Shown in pieces: positions 59,583-64,000 of a stretch of 64,000 nt of DNA. The notes below the pieces were generated by a model that worked only from the letters and a program-made list of their open reading frames with translations, had not been told where the DNA came from and searched no databases. The number at the start of each line of letters is the position of its first letter. Positions within the stretch are counted from its first letter, which is position 1. The stretch covers positions 96,001 through 160,000 of the forward strand of contig CAVXWP010000016.1 of the NCBI GenBank assembly GCA_963765495.1, given 5' to 3'. This DNA comes from Blastocatellia bacterium (GTDB lineage: Bacteria; Acidobacteriota; Blastocatellia; UBA7656). The position numbers and the translations under genes were made by a program.

Positions 59583-60902
59583 TCAGGCGCTGGTCGTGGC
59601 ATTTTCCGTTTCCTCTTTGCGCTCGTCAATCAGCGTGTAATCGCGCTCATCGTATCCCAGATAAATCTGGCGCGGGCGGGCAATCTTTTGCTCGCTGTCG
59701 TTGAGCATCTCTACCCATTGCGCGAGCCATCCCGATACGCGCGGAATTGCGAAGAGCACAGGGAACATGTCTACGGGGAAACGCATCGCCTGATAAATTA
59801 TCCCCGAATAGAAATCCACATTCGGGTAGAGCCTTCGTTTTATGAAGTACTCGTCTTCAAGCGCGATCCGTTCAAGTTCGAGCGCGATGTCTAAGACGGG
59901 ATTACTGCCCGTCACCTCGAAGACATCATAGGCGATCTGCTTGATTATCTTTGCGCGCGGGTCGTAATTCTTATAGACGCGATGTCCGAATCCCATCAAT
60001 CGAACATCGCCTTTTTTCACTCGCTCGATATAGGCGGAGATGTTCGACTTGGAGCCGATCTCGTTCAACATCCTGAGAACAGCTTCGTTTGCTCCGCCGT
60101 GAAGCGGGCCGTAAAGCGCCGCCGCCGCTCCGGCTACCGCAGAATAAGGGTCGGATTCGGAACTGCCTATGCTGCGCATGGCGTTTGTGCTGCAATTCTG
60201 TTCGTGATCAGCGTGCAGTATAAACAGCACGCTGAGCGCGCGTTCGAGCACCGGGTTTGGCTCGTACTTTACCTCCGTAGCCTTAAACATCATGTTGAGG
60301 AAATTGCCCGTGTAGCTCAGGTCATTATCGGGATAGGCATAAGGCATTCCTACGCTGTGGCGATAGGCAAAGGCTGCTATCGTGGGCATCTTCGCTATGA
60401 GACGATGAATCTGTTTGCGACGCTGTTGATCGTCAAAGATATTTTTCGCCTCCGGGTAGAAGGTCGAAAGGGCGCCCACCGTGGCTACGAGCATCCCCAT
60501 CGGGTGCGCGTCGTAATGAAACCCGTCCATGAATTTCTTTATCTGTTCGTGGAGCAGCGTGTGATGCGTGATGTCCCATATCCACTCCTTGAGATGCACC
60601 TCACTGGGCAATTCGCCGTGAAGGATCAGGTAAGCCACTTCGAGATAGGTGCTGTGTTCGGCAAGCTGTTCGATAGGGTATCCGCGATAGCGCAATATGC
60701 CACGGTCGCCGTCTATGTATGTGATGCGGCTCTTGCACGAAGCAGTGTTTGTAAATGCCGGGTCGTAGCCCATAAGCCCGAAGTCATCGTCTGAGACCTT
60801 TATCTGTCTGAGGTCCATCGTTTTTATAGTGCCTTCTTCGATGGGAACCTCGTACTGCTTCCCTGTCCTGTTGTCGGTTATTGTCAAAGTGTCTTTACTC
60901 AT
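59583..60902 (-). CDS. gltA: Citrate synthase
   Basis: YIDGDRGILRYRGYPIEQLA, HADHEQN, GPLHGGANE, MGFGHRVYK, YPNVDFYSG; RBS ggagg before MSKDT. Confidence 0.97.
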   Translation of the reverse strand: MSKDTLTITDNRTGKQYEVPIEEGTIKTMDLRQIKVSDDDFGLMGYDPAFTNTASCKSRITYIDGDRGILRYRGYPIEQLAEHSTYLEVAYLILHGELPSEVHLKEWIWDITHHTLLHEQIKKFMDGFHYDAHPMGMLVATVGALSTFYPEAKNIFDDQQRRKQIHRLIAKMPTIAAFAYRHSVGMPYAYPDNDLSYTGNFLNMMFKATEVKYEPNPVLERALSVLFILHADHEQNCSTNAMRSIGSSESDPYSAVAGAAAALYGPLHGGANEAVLRMLNEIGSKSNISAYIERVKKGDVRLMGFGHRVYKNYDPRAKIIKQIAYDVFEVTGSNPVLDIALELERIALEDEYFIKRRLYPNVDFYSGIIYQAMRFPVDMFPVLFAIPRVSGWLAQWVEMLNDSEQKIARPRQIYLGYDERDYTLIDERKEETENATTSA

Positions 60903-60953
60903 GATTCCTCCGTCTGTTTTCAATCCGCCCGCGCTCTGTCTGCGTTCCACCAA

Positions 60954-62672
60954 TCAATCTACTTTGAGTTTATACCGCATATAGCGCGGATGCCACATCG
61001 TCTCTTCGATCAATCGCGTCAACTCCTCAAGAGATTTCTCTTCGGCCAGACCCGAGCGCCCGGCTTCAACCGCTACGGCGAGCGCGACGCGACGCGAGAC
61101 TTCGCGCACGTCTTCGAGCGCCGGGAAAAGCGAGCGCGAAGCGTCACGCCGGGCCGGAGACAACGCGCTCAGGGCGCGGGCAGCCGCTACAAACATCTCG
61201 TTGCTCACGCGGCGGGCGCGCGAGGCAATCACGCCAAGCCCCACGCCCGGAAAGATATAAGCATTGTTGCACTGGCCGGTGTAAAAAGTCTTTCCGTTAT
61301 AAATCACTTCTGGGAAAGGGCTGCCCGTGGCAACAAGGACGCGGCCTTCGGTGTAATTGATCAAATCAGTCGGTATCGCCTCGCATTTCGAGGTAGGGTT
61401 GGAAAGGGGAAAGATAATCGGACGCTCGACCTGGGCGGCCATCAGCCGCACGACCTCTTCGGTGAAGGCCCCCGGCTGGGCGGACGTGCCTATGAGAATA
61501 TTGGGGCGCACGTTTCTGATCACATCGAGCAACATGATTTGATTCGGGTTGTCGAGTTGCCACCCGGCGAGGCTCTCGCCGGGCTGCGAATATTTCCCCC
61601 TGGAAGATTCAACCTGATCCTGACCCGTGTGAACAAGCCCGTGTCGGTCAACCATCCAGATCGACCGGCGGGCTTCTTCTTCCGAAAGACCTTCGCTCAC
61701 CATCGCCGCGACGATCTGATCGCTTATGCCCGTAGCCGACGATCCCGCCCCGAGCATCACTATGCGCTGGCGGCTGATCTTTGAGCCGGTCACTTCGACC
61801 GCCGCAAGCAACCCCGCAACCGCGACCGCTCCCGTTCCCTGTATGTCGTCGTTGAAGGTGCACAAACGGTCGCGGTAACGTTCGAGCAAACGCCCGGCAT
61901 TGGCCTTTGCAAAATCTTCCCACTGAAGCAGCACGCCCGGAAACTTGCGCTTTACCGTCTCTACAAAGATTTCGATAAAGTCGTCGTACTCCTTGCCGCG
62001 TATGCGCTCGTGCCGCCAGCCGAGGTAAAGCGGGTCCGTGAGCAGGTCCTGATTGTCGGTTCCAACGTCGAGCGTGATGGGCAGGGTAGTGGCCGGATGA
62101 ATCCCCGCGCACAGGGTATAAAGCGACAGTTTCCCTACAGGGATTCCCATGCCTCCGACGCCCAGATCGCCCAGACCCAGTATCCGCTCGCCGTCGGTAA
62201 ATACGATCACCTGAACATCGGTCGTGGGAGCGTTGTCGAGTATCAGATCGATCTCTTCGCGTTGCGGATAAGAGATGTAAAGCCCCCGGGGCTTTCTATA
62301 TATGTGGCTGTAGTGCAGACAACCAAGCCCCACCACGGGCGTGTAGATGATGGGCATCATCTCGGTTATATGCTCCTCAAGCAATCGGTAAAAGAGCGTC
62401 TCGTTGCGGTCTTGCAGAGAGACCAGAAAGATATAGCGTTCGAGATCGGATTCTTTCCGCTTAAAGTTTTCATACAGCCGGGCCAGTTGTTGATCCATCG
62501 TCGAAACGTGTGGCGGCAAATGGCCGAGAAGTTTGAACTGGCGGCGCTCGTCTTCGGGAAACGCGCTCCCTTTATTGAGCAGAGAATGATCCAGCAGCAG
62601 GTCTCCGCTCAGTGAGACTTCGAGAAACTCTTCTCCCGTTTTTTCATCCCGAACGGGCTTATACGGACTCAT
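60954..62672 (-). CDS. maeA: NAD-dependent malic enzyme
   Basis: [44 protein letters not shown]. Confidence 0.95.
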   Translation of the reverse strand: MSPYKPVRDEKTGEEFLEVSLSGDLLLDHSLLNKGSAFPEDERRQFKLLGHLPPHVSTMDQQLARLYENFKRKESDLERYIFLVSLQDRNETLFYRLLEEHITEMMPIIYTPVVGLGCLHYSHIYRKPRGLYISYPQREEIDLILDNAPTTDVQVIVFTDGERILGLGDLGVGGMGIPVGKLSLYTLCAGIHPATTLPITLDVGTDNQDLLTDPLYLGWRHERIRGKEYDDFIEIFVETVKRKFPGVLLQWEDFAKANAGRLLERYRDRLCTFNDDIQGTGAVAVAGLLAAVEVTGSKISRQRIVMLGAGSSATGISDQIVAAMVSEGLSEEEARRSIWMVDRHGLVHTGQDQVESSRGKYSQPGESLAGWQLDNPNQIMLLDVIRNVRPNILIGTSAQPGAFTEEVVRLMAAQVERPIIFPLSNPTSKCEAIPTDLINYTEGRVLVATGSPFPEVIYNGKTFYTGQCNNAYIFPGVGLGVIASRARRVSNEMFVAAARALSALSPARRDASRSLFPALEDVREVSRRVALAVAVEAGRSGLAEEKSLEELTRLIEETMWHPRYMRYKLKVD

Positions 62673-62825
62673 ACGCGCCCCCCCGTGGCATATTGAACGA
62701 TCCCGGCATATCTGGACAAATCGGTTTGTAAGACTGGAAATCCGTCAAGAATTGATTAAACCGCAGGAAAGCGCCTTTGCGCAACGCAATAGTGCTTCAC
62801 TCAGCGCCACGAGTTTGAAAACCCA

Positions 62826-62853
62826 TTGACAAAACCTGCCTCTGTGATAGCAT
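62826..62853 (+). promoter_or_regulatory. Putative sigma70 promoter
   Basis: TTGACA-N16-TAGCAT about 310 nt upstream of the DUF4331-like gene. Confidence 0.45.
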
Positions 62854-63164
62854 ACGATTGCCTGTGTCCGGCGCGTACCGGATCTTTCGATTCAGCAGAA
62901 TCGAAAACAGCTATTATAGGGAATGGCATTTTCGTGCAATTGGGTCTTGACCAGTACAACATTATTGCGCATACGCCATCCTGACAGGGATTAACTCTTC
63001 GGATAACTCAAGAGTTTGAGGTCTGCAAACCCTGCATACCGACTAACCAATATTCCTCACCTTTTACAAATTCTTGAGTACTCCAATCAGGGTGGTCCAT
63101 TATGTTATGACCAGATAATTAAACATTCAAAATTGACGATCAATCGTAAATTAAGGAGGAAACC

Positions 63165-64000
63165 ATGATCTTCACACACAGCAGGAATATTGCGTTAGTC
63201 GCTCTTTGCCTGATAGTAGCTTTTGGAACGTTGTTGCTTCCAGCTCCATCAATTGTCGCTTCCGACCACGGAGATGCGCCAATCAACTCCAACGATCAGG
63301 GAATTGACCAGGGTGATACCTATGCCTTCCTCGATCCCAACGATAATACAAGGGTCGTTCTCGCACTGACCGTGCGCGGATTTATCGTGCCTGGCGAGGC
63401 AGTCAACTTTGCCTTCTTTGATGATCAGGTGCGATACAGGTTCGAGCTCGAGACGACGGGCGATGCAATACCCGATCAAGCCATCAACGTCACATTTTCG
63501 AAGCGGACATCGACAAGCACTCCGCAAACGGCAACCATCGAATTGCCTTTCGGCCAGAAATTTACCGCGCCCACGACCATAGCGACGCAGGCGGCCCAGC
63601 CAAACCCGTTCACGGTGACTACCGATCCGGCCACCGGGGTTTCGTTCTTCGCAGGCGAAACTGATGACCCGTTCTTCTTCGATATACCCGCCTTCTCCCG
63701 ATTCATTTCATCGATCAGGGCAGGCTCTCCCGACCCGTCGCAGTTCGCGCGTGGGCGCGACAGCTTTGCAGGCTACAATATTCTCTCAATCATCCTGAGC
63801 GTGCCCCGCTCTGTGCTGCGCCTCCAATCCGATAGCGTCATAGGAGTGCAATCGCTCACGCAGCGGCGGCGCAAACGCATTATCAAGGGAGATATGATCG
63901 CCGATCGCGGCGACTATGAAACGCTCGACCGCAGCGCAAATCCCGGCATCAATGCCCTGATCATCCCCTTCGCTCGCAAAGACGAATATAATGCCTCGAC
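63165..64000 (+). CDS. DUF4331-family secreted protein, 3' end outside the window
   Basis: Not in the ORF track. RBS aaggagg; MIFTHSRNIALVALCL...ASDHGDAP...DTYAF...FFAGETDDPFFFD...GRDSFAGYN...DRSANP; open to the window end. Confidence 0.85.
   Translation, partial: MIFTHSRNIALVALCLIVAFGTLLLPAPSIVASDHGDAPINSNDQGIDQGDTYAFLDPNDNTRVVLALTVRGFIVPGEAVNFAFFDDQVRYRFELETTGDAIPDQAINVTFSKRTSTSTPQTATIELPFGQKFTAPTTIATQAAQPNPFTVTTDPATGVSFFAGETDDPFFFDIPAFSRFISSIRAGSPDPSQFARGRDSFAGYNILSIILSVPRSVLRLQSDSVIGVQSLTQRRRKRIIKGDMIADRGDYETLDRSANPGINALIIPFARKDEYNAS

Noticed and set aside
62923-62938. sigma54 promoter TGGCATTTTCGTGCA
   Set aside because: Spacing is GG-N9-GC, not the required N10.

Overview
A 64 kb stretch of a GC-moderate bacterial chromosome. 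Gene content and style suggest Acidobacteriota, probably Blastocatellia (inference). Housekeeping genes (alaS with a one-base frameshift, gltA, malic enzyme, dut, trmL, UvrD/PcrA, recX, pilT, PPK2, FKBP) are mixed with envelope, regulatory and accessory genes. I found no rRNA, tRNA, CRISPR array or intact transposase. Main observations: (1) a 695-aa fusion of a degenerate HD-GYP domain with a degenerate N6-adenine DNA methyltransferase-like domain. Its promoter is overlapped by a perfect palindrome, and it lies between a small Zn-ribbon gene and a translationally coupled pilT-recX-PilZ/DUF4388 operon. (2) About a dozen intergenic elements built from inverted heptamer tandem arrays, in at least six sequence families. 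Two families have clearly homologous spacers between distant copies, and most units carry stop codons that terminate neighbouring genes. (3) A 222-bp MITE with CAGGG ends and a 9-bp target duplication, carrying a 9-mer palindromic repeat. (4) A GT9-PPK2-ATP-grasp-radical SAM (CUAEP/CCAEP-tail type) cluster cut by the left edge. (5) A XylR/V4R sigma54 activator with UAS and -24/-12 promoter upstream of a STAS-EmrAB efflux operon. (6) A decayed VOC/redoxin islet with three gene remnants. All family assignments are by eye from motifs; no searches were run.
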